Below, piece after piece: positions 22,441 to 31,915 of a stretch of 64,000 nucleotides of DNA. How positions within the stretch are numbered: position 1 is the stretch's first letter; every line of letters starts with the position of its first letter. The stretch lies in the NCBI GenBank assembly GCA_902611645.1, contig CACMAF010000003.1, positions 10,072 to 74,071 on the forward strand, written 5' to 3'. The stretch is from an uncultured SAR86 cluster bacterium. Lineage in GTDB: Bacteria; Pseudomonadota; Gammaproteobacteria; Magnimaribacterales; Magnimaribacteraceae. Below the pieces are notes generated by a model. The model saw only the letters and a list, made by a program, of their open reading frames with translations. It ran no database searches and had not been told where the DNA came from. The position numbers were made by a program, and so were the translations under genes.

Positions 22441-23628
22441 ATGAATAAACAATTAGATTTTTTAACAGAGTATCCATTCCAGTACCTCTCAGATTTGCTC
22501 AAAGACATAAAAAAAAATCCATCAGATGTCATAGGACTCCATATAGGAGAACCGAAAGAACGAGCGCCAATGCAAGCACTAGATATTATCAATGAAAACT
22601 CTTTATCCTATTCAAAGTATCCGACTTCTTCAGGTGAATTACATTTGAGAGAAAGTTACTGCAATTACTTAAACGATAGATTTTCTAGAAGTAATATTAA
22701 CCCAGATATTCATGTTTTACCTCTTTCAGGCAGTAGAGAAGGAATTTTTTCGTTCATTCAGTCGACTATAGATTCTACAAAAAAGAACCCAATAGTAATT
22801 TTGCCAAATCCGTTTTACAAAATTTATGAAGGTGCAGCGATTATGGCAGGTGCAGAACCCTATTACTTAAATTCAATCGAGTCTGAAGGATTTAAACCTG
22901 ATCTGGAAAGCATACCCGAGGATGTCTGGAAAGATTGTCAACTTTTTATAATTTGTTCTCCCTCAAATCCCACGGGATATTGTTTCGGTAAAAATGAGTA
23001 CAAGGAACTATTAGAAAAAGCTGAAAAATATGATTTTCTCTTATGTTCTGATGAATGCTATGTAGATATCTATGATAGTTCATCAAATCCTCCTTTGGGA
23101 TTGCTAGAATGTGATGATGTCACTATGAAAAATTCAAAATCAGTCATATTTCATAGTCTTTCTAAAAGATCTAGTCTTGCCGGTCTCCGATCAGGATTCA
23201 TTTGTGCTTCGGAAGAGATAATAAAGAAACTGAGTTTATATAGAACTTACCATGGTGTTACTCTTTCTTTACCAACTCAATTAGCCAGTACTTGGGCTTG
23301 GCAAGATAGCAAGCATGTTGAGTCTAACAGAGCTGAATATGATAAAAAGTATAAAGCAGCCATTTCTTGCTTAAATAACTTTGATGATGTGAAGAGACCT
23401 GATGGAGGTTTTTATATTTGGCTAAAATTACCTTGTGATGATCAGACCTTCGCAAAGTTGTTATATGAACAGGAGTCAGTGCTTAGTTTGCCTGGATCAT
23501 ACTTAGGTAAGAAGATTGATGGCATTAATCCTGGAGAAGGGTTTTTAAGATTAGCTGTAGTGCATGATGTTGATACTATCTATAAGGCCTTTTCTGCAGT
23601 AAATAGAACCATGCAATCCTTAAATTAG
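22441..23628 (+). CDS. dapC: Succinyldiaminopimelate transaminase
   Basis: Class I PLP aminotransferase (PNPFY, PSNPTG, DECY, SLSKRS); between glnD and dapD. Confidence 0.9.
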   Translation: MNKQLDFLTEYPFQYLSDLLKDIKKNPSDVIGLHIGEPKERAPMQALDIINENSLSYSKYPTSSGELHLRESYCNYLNDRFSRSNINPDIHVLPLSGSREGIFSFIQSTIDSTKKNPIVILPNPFYKIYEGAAIMAGAEPYYLNSIESEGFKPDLESIPEDVWKDCQLFIICSPSNPTGYCFGKNEYKELLEKAEKYDFLLCSDECYVDIYDSSSNPPLGLLECDDVTMKNSKSVIFHSLSKRSSLAGLRSGFICASEEIIKKLSLYRTYHGVTLSLPTQLASTWAWQDSKHVESNRAEYDKKYKAAISCLNNFDDVKRPDGGFYIWLKLPCDDQTFAKLLYEQESVLSLPGSYLGKKIDGINPGEGFLRLAVVHDVDTIYKAFSAVNRTMQSLN

Positions 23629-23674
23629 ATTTTTTAATCTATCTCTAAAGTTAACCAGAACTTATAATATACAA

Positions 23675-24661
23675 ATGAATATTTTTCCGTTGGTTGCCGT
23701 TGGTGTTTCTACATTGAATTCAAGCGATGATCTATTGGATGTTAGATATCACTTAATTTTAAATGAAGATCAGGAACTGCTGAATACTTTGAAGATTGAT
23801 AATCCGGGATTTGATAGTCTTTATACAATGGCAAACGGAGAAGAAAACAACGAGGTTTTTGAGAGTATCAGCAGTTCATTATCTGTTACAAATAGACAGA
23901 AATTAATATTTCATAAAATTGATAAGGATGTACCTATCTCAAATATATGTGATGCTTATTTAAAGCTTTATCTTTTATCATTGAAAGTTTCGAAACCAAA
24001 TAGTTTAAACTTAGAGAATATATTCGGATCCCTAGCTAACGTTGCATGGACTAATCTTGGTCCTGTTGACGTGAAAGACTTGAATTTATTTAGATCAAAA
24101 AATGGAGAAGTCTTTGTTAGATCGGTAGATAAATTCCCTTGCATGACCGATTACATAATTCCTGAAGGAGTAAGAATAGCTGATAGTTCCAGAGTGAGGT
24201 TAGGAGCCCATTTGTCTGAAGGAACAACAGTAATGCATGAAGGTTTTGTTAACTTTAATGCAGGAACACTTGGCTCAGCTATGATAGAAGGTAGAATTTC
24301 AGCAGGTGTGGTTATAGGAAAAAATTCAGATTTGGGCGGTGGTTGTTCAACCATGGGTACTTTATCGGGCGGAAATGAGGTAAAAATTTCTGTTGGCGAA
24401 GATTGCTTATTGGGTGCCAATTCTGGTTTAGGTATTCCTTTAGGAAATAGGTGTGTATTAGAAGCGGGCTTGTACTTAACAGGAGGATCTAAAGTAGAAA
24501 TTCTTAATTCAAAAAATGAGTTGATAGAGACTGTAAAGGCATCCACCTTATCTGGCAAAGATGACCTATTATTCATAAGGAATTCCCTTACTGGTGCCAT
24601 TCAATGCAAACCTAATGGAAAAAGTGTTGTTTTGAACAAAACACTGCATAAAAACGACTGA
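23675..24661 (+). CDS. dapD: Tetrahydrodipicolinate N-succinyltransferase (Pseudomonas/actinobacterial type)
   Basis: SVDKFP, GVRIAD..RVRLGA, VMHEGFVNFNAGT, EGRISAGV. Confidence 0.95.
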   Translation: MNIFPLVAVGVSTLNSSDDLLDVRYHLILNEDQELLNTLKIDNPGFDSLYTMANGEENNEVFESISSSLSVTNRQKLIFHKIDKDVPISNICDAYLKLYLLSLKVSKPNSLNLENIFGSLANVAWTNLGPVDVKDLNLFRSKNGEVFVRSVDKFPCMTDYIIPEGVRIADSSRVRLGAHLSEGTTVMHEGFVNFNAGTLGSAMIEGRISAGVVIGKNSDLGGGCSTMGTLSGGNEVKISVGEDCLLGANSGLGIPLGNRCVLEAGLYLTGGSKVEILNSKNELIETVKASTLSGKDDLLFIRNSLTGAIQCKPNGKSVVLNKTLHKND

Positions 24662-24669
24662 ATCAAAAA

Positions 24670-25803
24670 ATGAGTAAAGTTTTAGAACTTACAAAAGAGC
24701 TGATATCAAAGAAATCTGTGACACCCGATGATGCTGGATGCCAAAGCATTATTTCTACAAGATTGGAAAAAATTGGTTTTTCAGTCGAACACCTTAAGTA
24801 TGGAGATGTAGACAACCTTTGGGCAACTTATGGAGATGCCGGCCCTATTTTTGCTTTTCTAGGTCATACTGATGTAGTTCCCACAGGTCCACTGGAAGAT
24901 TGGGAGAGTGATCCTTTCATAGCAACTGATAAAGACTCTTTACTCGTTGGAAGAGGAGCAGCAGATATGAAAGGAAGCGTTGCTGCCTTTGTCACTTCTA
25001 TTGAAGAATTCTTAGCTGAAGAACCGACCTTATCAGGAAGGATTGCTGTTCTACTGACCAGCGACGAAGAGGGTCCTGCTGTAGATGGAGTAACTAAAGT
25101 TGTTGATTATCTCGAAGAAAAGAACGAAAAAATTGAATGGTGTCTTGTTGGAGAGCCCACAGCTGATAATAATGTGGGAGACGTTATAAAAATAGGAAGA
25201 AGAGGTTCAGTTTCAGCCAAGATTATAGTCAAAGGAACTCAGGGTCACGTAGCTTATCCAGAAAAAGCAAGTAACCCTATACATAATTTTTCCTCTTCTC
25301 TTGCTGAGATATCTAAGCTCAGCTGGGCAGATGAAACAGGTAAGTTTCAAGATAGTGTTTTACAAATATCTAATCTTAACTCAGGTACCGGAGCAACAAA
25401 TGTTATACCAGGAAGCTTAGAGTTAAGTTTAAATGTACGTCACTCACCCTCAACTACCGTGCAACAAATAAAAGATGATGTTGAGTCCATAATCAATAAA
25501 TATAATGTCGAATGTGAGGTTTTGTGGGAAGTTGGAGGAAAGCCATTTCTTACTACTCAAGAAGAGCTTATCTCAGCAGTGAAAAGCTCAATAAAAGAAG
25601 TGACAGGGTCAGAACCCAAATGCACTACTGATGGAGGCACATCAGATGGTAGATTTATTGCACCTACCGGATCACAAGTTGTTGAGCTTGGGCCAGGTAA
25701 TGCATCTATTCATAAAGTAAATGAAAGCGTAAAAAAAGAAGATCTCGAGGAATTGCATAAAATATACAAAACAATACTAAGTAAACTCCTCACTAATTTA
25801 TAG
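24670..25803 (+). CDS. dapE: Succinyl-diaminopimelate desuccinylase
   Basis: GHTDVVPTG, GRGAADMKG, SDEEG, GTSDGRF. Confidence 0.97.
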   Translation: MSKVLELTKELISKKSVTPDDAGCQSIISTRLEKIGFSVEHLKYGDVDNLWATYGDAGPIFAFLGHTDVVPTGPLEDWESDPFIATDKDSLLVGRGAADMKGSVAAFVTSIEEFLAEEPTLSGRIAVLLTSDEEGPAVDGVTKVVDYLEEKNEKIEWCLVGEPTADNNVGDVIKIGRRGSVSAKIIVKGTQGHVAYPEKASNPIHNFSSSLAEISKLSWADETGKFQDSVLQISNLNSGTGATNVIPGSLELSLNVRHSPSTTVQQIKDDVESIINKYNVECEVLWEVGGKPFLTTQEELISAVKSSIKEVTGSEPKCTTDGGTSDGRFIAPTGSQVVELGPGNASIHKVNESVKKEDLEELHKIYKTILSKLLTNL

Positions 25804-25819
25804 AATAATTAATACTTCC

Positions 25820-27307
25820 CTAGTTCCCTTCCTTAATCTCAGTTGCCTTTAAAAATCTATTTGATATGAGGAGTAAAATTCCTACTACGAAAAGCGCAAT
25901 AATAATTTGCATAAAGAGATCCGGCATTGAAGCTATACCAGCCTCAAATGATTTGCTTGCAAGTAAGCCTGCAAGACCAGCCGCTAAAGAAGACGATAGA
26001 AACCAAATTCCCATCATTTGACCTCTGTATCTAATTGGAGAATATTTCGCAGTAGCTGAAAGGCCCACTGGGCTCAAACATAGCTCGCCTAGTGTGTGAA
26101 AAAGATATGTTATGAGAAGAAACTGAATGCCAGCTTTTTCATTCTGCATAGCAGCCTCGACACCAAAAATAATCACTAAAAAACCAATAGCCATGAGGAA
26201 ACATCCCAAAGCAAATTTTTGAGGTGTATCAGGATCTAAGTTCTTTTTTCCAAGAGAGATCCAAAATGCTGCGAAAAAAGGAGCAAAAATTACTACCATC
26301 AAAGGATTTGCGACCTGAAGAAAGGTCGCTGGCATCTCCCACCCAAAGATAAGTAGATCCGTGTAGTCTTTAGCAAAAAGATTTAAAGATGAGCCCCCTT
26401 GGTCAAATCCGGCCCAAAATAATACAGCTCCGAAAAATAATAATAATAACATTTTGATATTTTTAATTTCATCAGTGCTTAGTCCCGCAAAAAAGAATAA
26501 ATATATGAAGTAAGAAATAGCCACAATTAATATCAAATAAACAGTAAGTTGGTTAAGTAGTTGTGGATCAACACTCCAAAGTCCAGCAAAGCCTGAAGTA
26601 ACTACTAAGATAATAGCTATTAAACTATATTTAAATATATTCATGTACTTTGATTCATCTTCAGTAGGAGCCAAATTAGTATTTTTTCCAGCTTCTCCTA
26701 ATGAATTTCTAGTGAAAAGATATTGTAAAACACCAAAGGTCATTCCTACACCAGCGGCTCCAAAACCCCAATGCCATCCCACCTTCTCTCCAAGATAGCC
26801 ACAAACAAGGAATCCGAGCATACTTCCTATGTTGATAGACATATAGAAAATCGTGTAGCCAGAATCAATTCTTACGTCTCCTGGTTTATAAAGTTGCCCT
26901 ACAATAGTCGAGATGTTTGGCTTTAAAAGACCTGTACCGATTGAAACAAGAACCAAACCAAGAAAAAAGGTTTTATCATAAGGAATTGCCAGCACATAGT
27001 GACCGAGAGTTATAATAACTGCACCGTAGAGAACTGTTCTCTGGGCTCCAAAAAGCTTATCTGCAATCCATCCGCCAGGAACGCATAGAAAATATACTGA
27101 AGCACCATATATTCCGTAGATCGCCATAGCCTCAGGAGCATCAAGATTCATACCTCCTTCAGTTACCTCCCTTGTCATGAACAAAACAAGCAACCCTCTC
27201 ATTCCGTAGAAGGACATTCTTTCCCACATTTCTGTTAAAAAAAGTGTTACTAGACCTTTGGGATGGCCTAAGAGAAAGGTATCACTAGATTTGGATATAT
27301 CATGCAT
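25820..27307 (-). CDS. Proton-dependent oligopeptide (POT/PTR2) MFS transporter
   Basis: EMWERMSFYG signature, FYMSINIG, ELCLSPVGLS; many TM helices. Confidence 0.93.
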   Translation of the reverse strand: MHDISKSSDTFLLGHPKGLVTLFLTEMWERMSFYGMRGLLVLFMTREVTEGGMNLDAPEAMAIYGIYGASVYFLCVPGGWIADKLFGAQRTVLYGAVIITLGHYVLAIPYDKTFFLGLVLVSIGTGLLKPNISTIVGQLYKPGDVRIDSGYTIFYMSINIGSMLGFLVCGYLGEKVGWHWGFGAAGVGMTFGVLQYLFTRNSLGEAGKNTNLAPTEDESKYMNIFKYSLIAIILVVTSGFAGLWSVDPQLLNQLTVYLILIVAISYFIYLFFFAGLSTDEIKNIKMLLLLFFGAVLFWAGFDQGGSSLNLFAKDYTDLLIFGWEMPATFLQVANPLMVVIFAPFFAAFWISLGKKNLDPDTPQKFALGCFLMAIGFLVIIFGVEAAMQNEKAGIQFLLITYLFHTLGELCLSPVGLSATAKYSPIRYRGQMMGIWFLSSSLAAGLAGLLASKSFEAGIASMPDLFMQIIIALFVVGILLLISNRFLKATEIKEGN

Positions 27308-27363
27308 AATAAACTCACAATTTTATATAGAATAATCAAAAAAAATATCTTCTCCAAATTATT

Positions 27364-27774
27364 ATGGAAAATTCAGGTTTTTTTAAGAGAATCTTTTCTC
27401 TTGTTTATGACAGTTTACTGATTTTAGGGATAATCTTTTCTTTAACTTTACTACTCGTATTTTTAAACGGCGGAGCGCCTGAAAATGGTGGATTTATTGA
27501 TTTACTTCAGCTTTTCGTCACTATTTTCTCTGGACCAATCTTTTACTCTTATTTTTGGTTGGTCAATGATGGACAGACTGTAGGCATGCAGGCATGGAAA
27601 ATAAAGCTTATTTCTGAAGAGAAGTTAACAATAAGAATTTGTCTCTTACGTTGCGCTTTTTCAACCTTTTCTTTCTTGTTCTTTGGTCTTGGCTACTTAT
27701 ATATTTTTTTTAACGAAGATAAAAAGTCGCTGGCTGATATAGCAACAAAAACAAGGATCGCTAAGATTAATTAG
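27364..27774 (+). CDS. RDD family membrane protein
   Basis: R..SLVYD, GQTVGMQAWKI, SLAD; usual neighbour of lptG. Confidence 0.88.
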   Translation: MENSGFFKRIFSLVYDSLLILGIIFSLTLLLVFLNGGAPENGGFIDLLQLFVTIFSGPIFYSYFWLVNDGQTVGMQAWKIKLISEEKLTIRICLLRCAFSTFSFLFFGLGYLYIFFNEDKKSLADIATKTRIAKIN

Positions 27775-28825
27775 ATTTAAGTTTCCAGAATGAAGCTGTT
27801 AAAACAATAACTGCCGCAATGGGAAAAGTAACTGCATAGAAAGGGCTTAGTAGAGAGACAGCCGCCATGCTAGCAAAAAGATTTTGAAAAATATTCAAGG
27901 AAAATGCGAATAAGACTCCAAAAAGAATTCTTTTACCAATAGAGTCATCTCTTACTCTCCCAAAAACGAAAGATGCAGCTAATATGATTAATGATATTGT
28001 TGTGATGGGATGGAATATTTTCTTCCAATACTCCAGAGATAAGTTATTCCTTCTATATTCAGATATGTTTAATTTTAGAGCTTCATTAAGCTCACCAATA
28101 GATAGATACCTAGGAGATAGAATTCTTCTCATATCACTATCTTTAGGACCTTCTTGCCATATTTTTTCTTCTTGAAGGCGAATAGAATTTTTTTGAAAGT
28201 CCGTTATTGTTAAATCAAATAGAGTCCAGATTCCATTTTGACGTTTAGCATATTTCGAATCTATTATTTGGATAATATTTCCCTCTTCTCCAAATTGATA
28301 AGTCGTGACGTCATTAATAGAATCTTTACTTGGAGAAGTTTTAAAAAAATTAATTGAAGAATCAGAAGCAAACCAATAACCATCCTCTGTATTGATTCTG
28401 TCTTGCTTCAATAATCTATTTTCCTCATTGGCTTGTGACAATGAAGGAAGTAACGTTTCTTGAAATAAAAAGGCTATTGATATTATTACTATGGCAGGCC
28501 TTAAAGATGCTATCGCCATCCTAAAATTCGATTTACCTAAAACTTTTGCACCTATAATCTCCCCTTCTGAGTTTAAGCTTCCTAAACCAACGACCGCTCC
28601 AATAAGACAGATGTATGATAAATATTCATAAATTGAACTTGGAATTGAATAAAAACAATAAATTAATGCATCTAACACAAGATAAGAATTTGATATATCT
28701 GAGATTTCAGAAATAAATTTAAATAAAAAGTCCAGCAAAGATATTGCAACTGCGACAATACAAATACTATGAAATATTCTCTTGGAGATATTTCTTTCTA
28801 TTATGTCTCCAAATAAATAAATCAT
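27767..28825 (-). CDS. lptG: LPS export ABC transporter permease LptG
   Basis: YjgP/Q family layout (TMs, GSLNSEGEI, periplasmic domain, TMs); second gene of the pair. Confidence 0.88.
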   Translation of the reverse strand: MIYLFGDIIERNISKRIFHSICIVAVAISLLDFLFKFISEISDISNSYLVLDALIYCFYSIPSSIYEYLSYICLIGAVVGLGSLNSEGEIIGAKVLGKSNFRMAIASLRPAIVIISIAFLFQETLLPSLSQANEENRLLKQDRINTEDGYWFASDSSINFFKTSPSKDSINDVTTYQFGEEGNIIQIIDSKYAKRQNGIWTLFDLTITDFQKNSIRLQEEKIWQEGPKDSDMRRILSPRYLSIGELNEALKLNISEYRRNNLSLEYWKKIFHPITTISLIILAASFVFGRVRDDSIGKRILFGVLFAFSLNIFQNLFASMAAVSLLSPFYAVTFPIAAVIVLTASFWKLKSN

Positions 28826-29826
28826 GATTTTGTCCTGAGCATATATAAATTCAAAAGAATAGAAAAAACCAAAAAAAACAAATGAACTAAAAGAATTGAA
28901 ATTAAATTAGAGGATTCTGAACCTTTGAATGTCAACAAAACCCCTAAGTATGCTGAAAATAATAATAAACCAGGAAGTATTTTCGAGTATCTGCCTTTAC
29001 GCGGAGATCTTTCTGATAAAGGCACGGCGATGAAAATACTTAATAATGTCATAAAACTTATAGAGCTCGACCATAACAAAGGATTTACTGAGTCCTTTAG
29101 CTCAAAATTAACTTCACCATAATTTTTCGACATGAAATCAGCTTTTAATTTGAGATTATCAAACTTGACTGAAAATATTTCATCAGGTTCTTCTTTCGAA
29201 TATGAAAACCCTTTACCAAAATTCAGATCTCCTTTTCCTGACCTATTTGTGCTCAATCCCTCAGCTACGATAGTCAAACTTGATTCCCTATTGGAATCCT
29301 TCACAAGGAGAAAAACATCCTTCAGTTCGTCATTTCGCTTTTCCTTCGCATAAATAAGATAAGAATCATTTAATTTGTGAAATTCACCTGGAAGTAAAGC
29401 ATCGAAGGTTTCTTCAATAGATTTAATTTCAAGTAAACTCTTTACCCGCAAATCTAATCCAGGATTAAGCACTAAAGAAAAGAAAAATATTAACAAAGCT
29501 ATCAATACTGCAGGAATTGACAATAGTGAGTAGATTCTTGAGTTACTAAAGCCAAGCTGTTCCATGATCGTAAGTTCATTTTCTGAGCTAAGTTTTCCAA
29601 TAGTCAAAACAACGGACATAAAAAAACTTAGAGGCAAAATTAATTCTAAAAATTCTGGAAGCCTATACAAGACAACATAAAAAACAACTTGAGGATTTAT
29701 TTCACCTCTGGATGCTTGTTCTAAGTATTGTATAGACCTCGAAGATACTATTATGAGAATAAAGACTACGCTTATAGCCAGAGTATATGAGAAGATAGTC
29801 TTTAAAAAATAACGATTTAAAATCAT
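28822..29826 (-). CDS. lptF: LPS export ABC transporter permease LptF
   Basis: MILNRY, LELILPLSFF, VPLS..PRKGRY; divergent from pepA. Confidence 0.9.
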   Translation of the reverse strand: MILNRYFLKTIFSYTLAISVVFILIIVSSRSIQYLEQASRGEINPQVVFYVVLYRLPEFLELILPLSFFMSVVLTIGKLSSENELTIMEQLGFSNSRIYSLLSIPAVLIALLIFFFSLVLNPGLDLRVKSLLEIKSIEETFDALLPGEFHKLNDSYLIYAKEKRNDELKDVFLLVKDSNRESSLTIVAEGLSTNRSGKGDLNFGKGFSYSKEEPDEIFSVKFDNLKLKADFMSKNYGEVNFELKDSVNPLLWSSSISFMTLLSIFIAVPLSERSPRKGRYSKILPGLLLFSAYLGVLLTFKGSESSNLISILLVHLFFLVFSILLNLYMLRTKS

Positions 29827-29911
29827 AAACGAGTATTTGAAAATCTATATAGTCAATCCTACTCTTTATTAAAAGAATATTCTCTATTTGGAGATAACTT
29901 TTATTATTTAT

Positions 29912-29920
29912 TGATAAAAT
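29912..29920 (+). promoter_or_regulatory. Candidate extended -10 promoter for pepA-holC-valS
   Basis: TGATAAAAT about 35 nt upstream of the pepA ATG, which has an AGGAG SD. Confidence 0.35.
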
Positions 29921-29954
29921 AGTATGACAACAATCTTTTTTAAAAGGAGACGTA

Positions 29955-31469
29955 ATGAAAAAAAGACTCACGCTAAGCCTTAACCAAGAACTATCAAAAA
30001 AACTTTTAAAAACAAAAATCGATGTTTTAGTTGTCGGTGTTTCCGAAGGAAGGACTCTAAATTCGGCCGCAGAAAAAGTTGATAAAGCAACTCAAGGTAG
30101 TATTAAAAAGCTTATAAAAAGAGGTGAGTTTGAGTCAAAGGTGGGTCAGACAGCCTACATTGCAACTAATGATGGTACTTCTGCTGAAAGAATTTTCTTA
30201 ATTGGTTGCGGTAAACCGACGAAAGGTCTTAGCAGTGAAGATCTTGATAAGATTGCGATGTCTGTAACAACCTGTTTAACAACAAAAAAATCTTCAACAG
30301 GTATTGTTTCATTACCTTCTATGAAACATGAATCGAAAGAAAATACCGATGAGACTTTGCTGCAAAAAATAGGAACTGCTGTTGAAAGCAAGGCTTATAC
30401 CTACGATGCAAAACTTAATAAGAAAAATAAAAAAATTAATTATCTTAAAAAGGTCTCAATTGTTATTGATTCAAGGCAAAGTGTGGCTAAGTTACGCAAA
30501 GGGCTCAAAACTGGACAAGTCATAGGACAAGGAATGAATGTAGCTAAAGATTTAGCAAATCTTCCTGGAAATGTTTGCACTCCATCCTATTTAGCAACAA
30601 GTTCTAGATCTGCAGCCAATAAGTATCAAAAACTAAGTTGTAGAGTTTATGGTGAAAAGGAGATGAAAAAAATGGGCATGGATTGTTTGCTTTCAGTTGG
30701 AAACGGAAGTGCTCAAGAGTCAAAACTTATTTCAATGAATTATCAAGGCGGAAAAAAAGGCGATAAACCATATGCGATTGTTGGAAAAGGCATTACTTTT
30801 GATACGGGAGGAATAAGCCTCAAGCCTCCTCCGACCATGGATGAAATGAAATTTGATATGTGTGGTGCTGCGAGTGTTATAGCGACTATGCAAGTAGTTT
30901 CAGAACTTAAACTTCCGATCAATATAGTTGGTGTAGTGGCCAGTGCAGAAAATATGCCAGGAAGTAAAGCCACTAAGCCTGGTGATGTCGTACGCACAAT
31001 GTCAGGTAAGACTGTTGAAATATTAAATACTGATGCTGAGGGACGATTGGTCCTAGCTGATGCTTTGACTTATGTTGAAAGATTTGAACCTCGATCAGTA
31101 GTAGACATCGCTACACTTACCGGAGCGGTGATAATGGCGTTAGGTTATTCCACATCTGGACTAATGTCTAATAACGACAAACTCGCAGAAGAATTATTAG
31201 AGGCTGGCCGTAAAGCTTCAGATAGAGCTTGGCAATTACCCTTATGGGATGTTTACCAAAAAGATTTGGATAGTAATTTTGCAGATATCGCAAATATAGG
31301 TGGTCGAGCTGGCACGATTACCGCTGCATGTTTTTTATCAAGATTTGCAGAGAAGTATCCTTGGGCTCATCTCGATGTGGCCGGAACTGCTAGTTGTAAA
31401 GGAGCTGCAAAAGGTGGTTCAGGTAGACCTGTACCTCTCCTGAGTCAATATCTCATAGATAAGTCTTAG
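29955..31469 (+). CDS. pepA: Leucyl aminopeptidase (M17)
   Basis: GKGITFDTGG, MKFDM, NTDAEGRL, WAHLDVAG. Confidence 0.97.
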   Translation: MKKRLTLSLNQELSKKLLKTKIDVLVVGVSEGRTLNSAAEKVDKATQGSIKKLIKRGEFESKVGQTAYIATNDGTSAERIFLIGCGKPTKGLSSEDLDKIAMSVTTCLTTKKSSTGIVSLPSMKHESKENTDETLLQKIGTAVESKAYTYDAKLNKKNKKINYLKKVSIVIDSRQSVAKLRKGLKTGQVIGQGMNVAKDLANLPGNVCTPSYLATSSRSAANKYQKLSCRVYGEKEMKKMGMDCLLSVGNGSAQESKLISMNYQGGKKGDKPYAIVGKGITFDTGGISLKPPPTMDEMKFDMCGAASVIATMQVVSELKLPINIVGVVASAENMPGSKATKPGDVVRTMSGKTVEILNTDAEGRLVLADALTYVERFEPRSVVDIATLTGAVIMALGYSTSGLMSNNDKLAEELLEAGRKASDRAWQLPLWDVYQKDLDSNFADIANIGGRAGTITAACFLSRFAEKYPWAHLDVAGTASCKGAAKGGSGRPVPLLSQYLIDKS

Positions 31470-31471
31470 TA

Positions 31472-31915
31472 ATGGTAGAAGCTACTTTTATAGCTTCTGG
31501 CAAAAATATGGAAGAAGCTTTGAACTTCACTTGTTCTCTAATTAGTAAATTAATTATGGGCGGCATAGATCTAATTCATGTTAGTAAAATAGATATTTTT
31601 TGTGATGATATAAATGATGCTAAATATTTAGATGAGAGATTATGGAATGAGCCTAAATATGGACTAATTTCTCATAATCTAGTTACTAATAAAGCAGATG
31701 ATCTCATAAATATTGGTTATCCTGGCACTAAGTTCGCTTTAGGTTCTGATTTGATTCTTAATCTATCTCCAGATATGCCGAAAAACTTAGATGGATATGA
31801 AAATTTTATACAGCTAGTAATTATGGATGGTGCCGATCTCAGAGAGAGAGCAGCGAGTACGTGGTCTAAATGTAAAGATTTAGGATTAAAAACAAAATTC
31901 GTAGAGTCAATATGA
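31472..31915 (+). CDS. holC: DNA polymerase III chi subunit (divergent)
   Basis: LDERLW...LISH resembles the chi LDE.LW...F.PH motif; pepA-holC-valS synteny. Confidence 0.8.
   Translation: MVEATFIASGKNMEEALNFTCSLISKLIMGGIDLIHVSKIDIFCDDINDAKYLDERLWNEPKYGLISHNLVTNKADDLINIGYPGTKFALGSDLILNLSPDMPKNLDGYENFIQLVIMDGADLRERAASTWSKCKDLGLKTKFVESI

Noticed and set aside
29702-29971. 89-aa minus-strand ORF across the lptF-pepA spacer
   Set aside because: Overlaps both genes, is AT-rich and has no recognisable features
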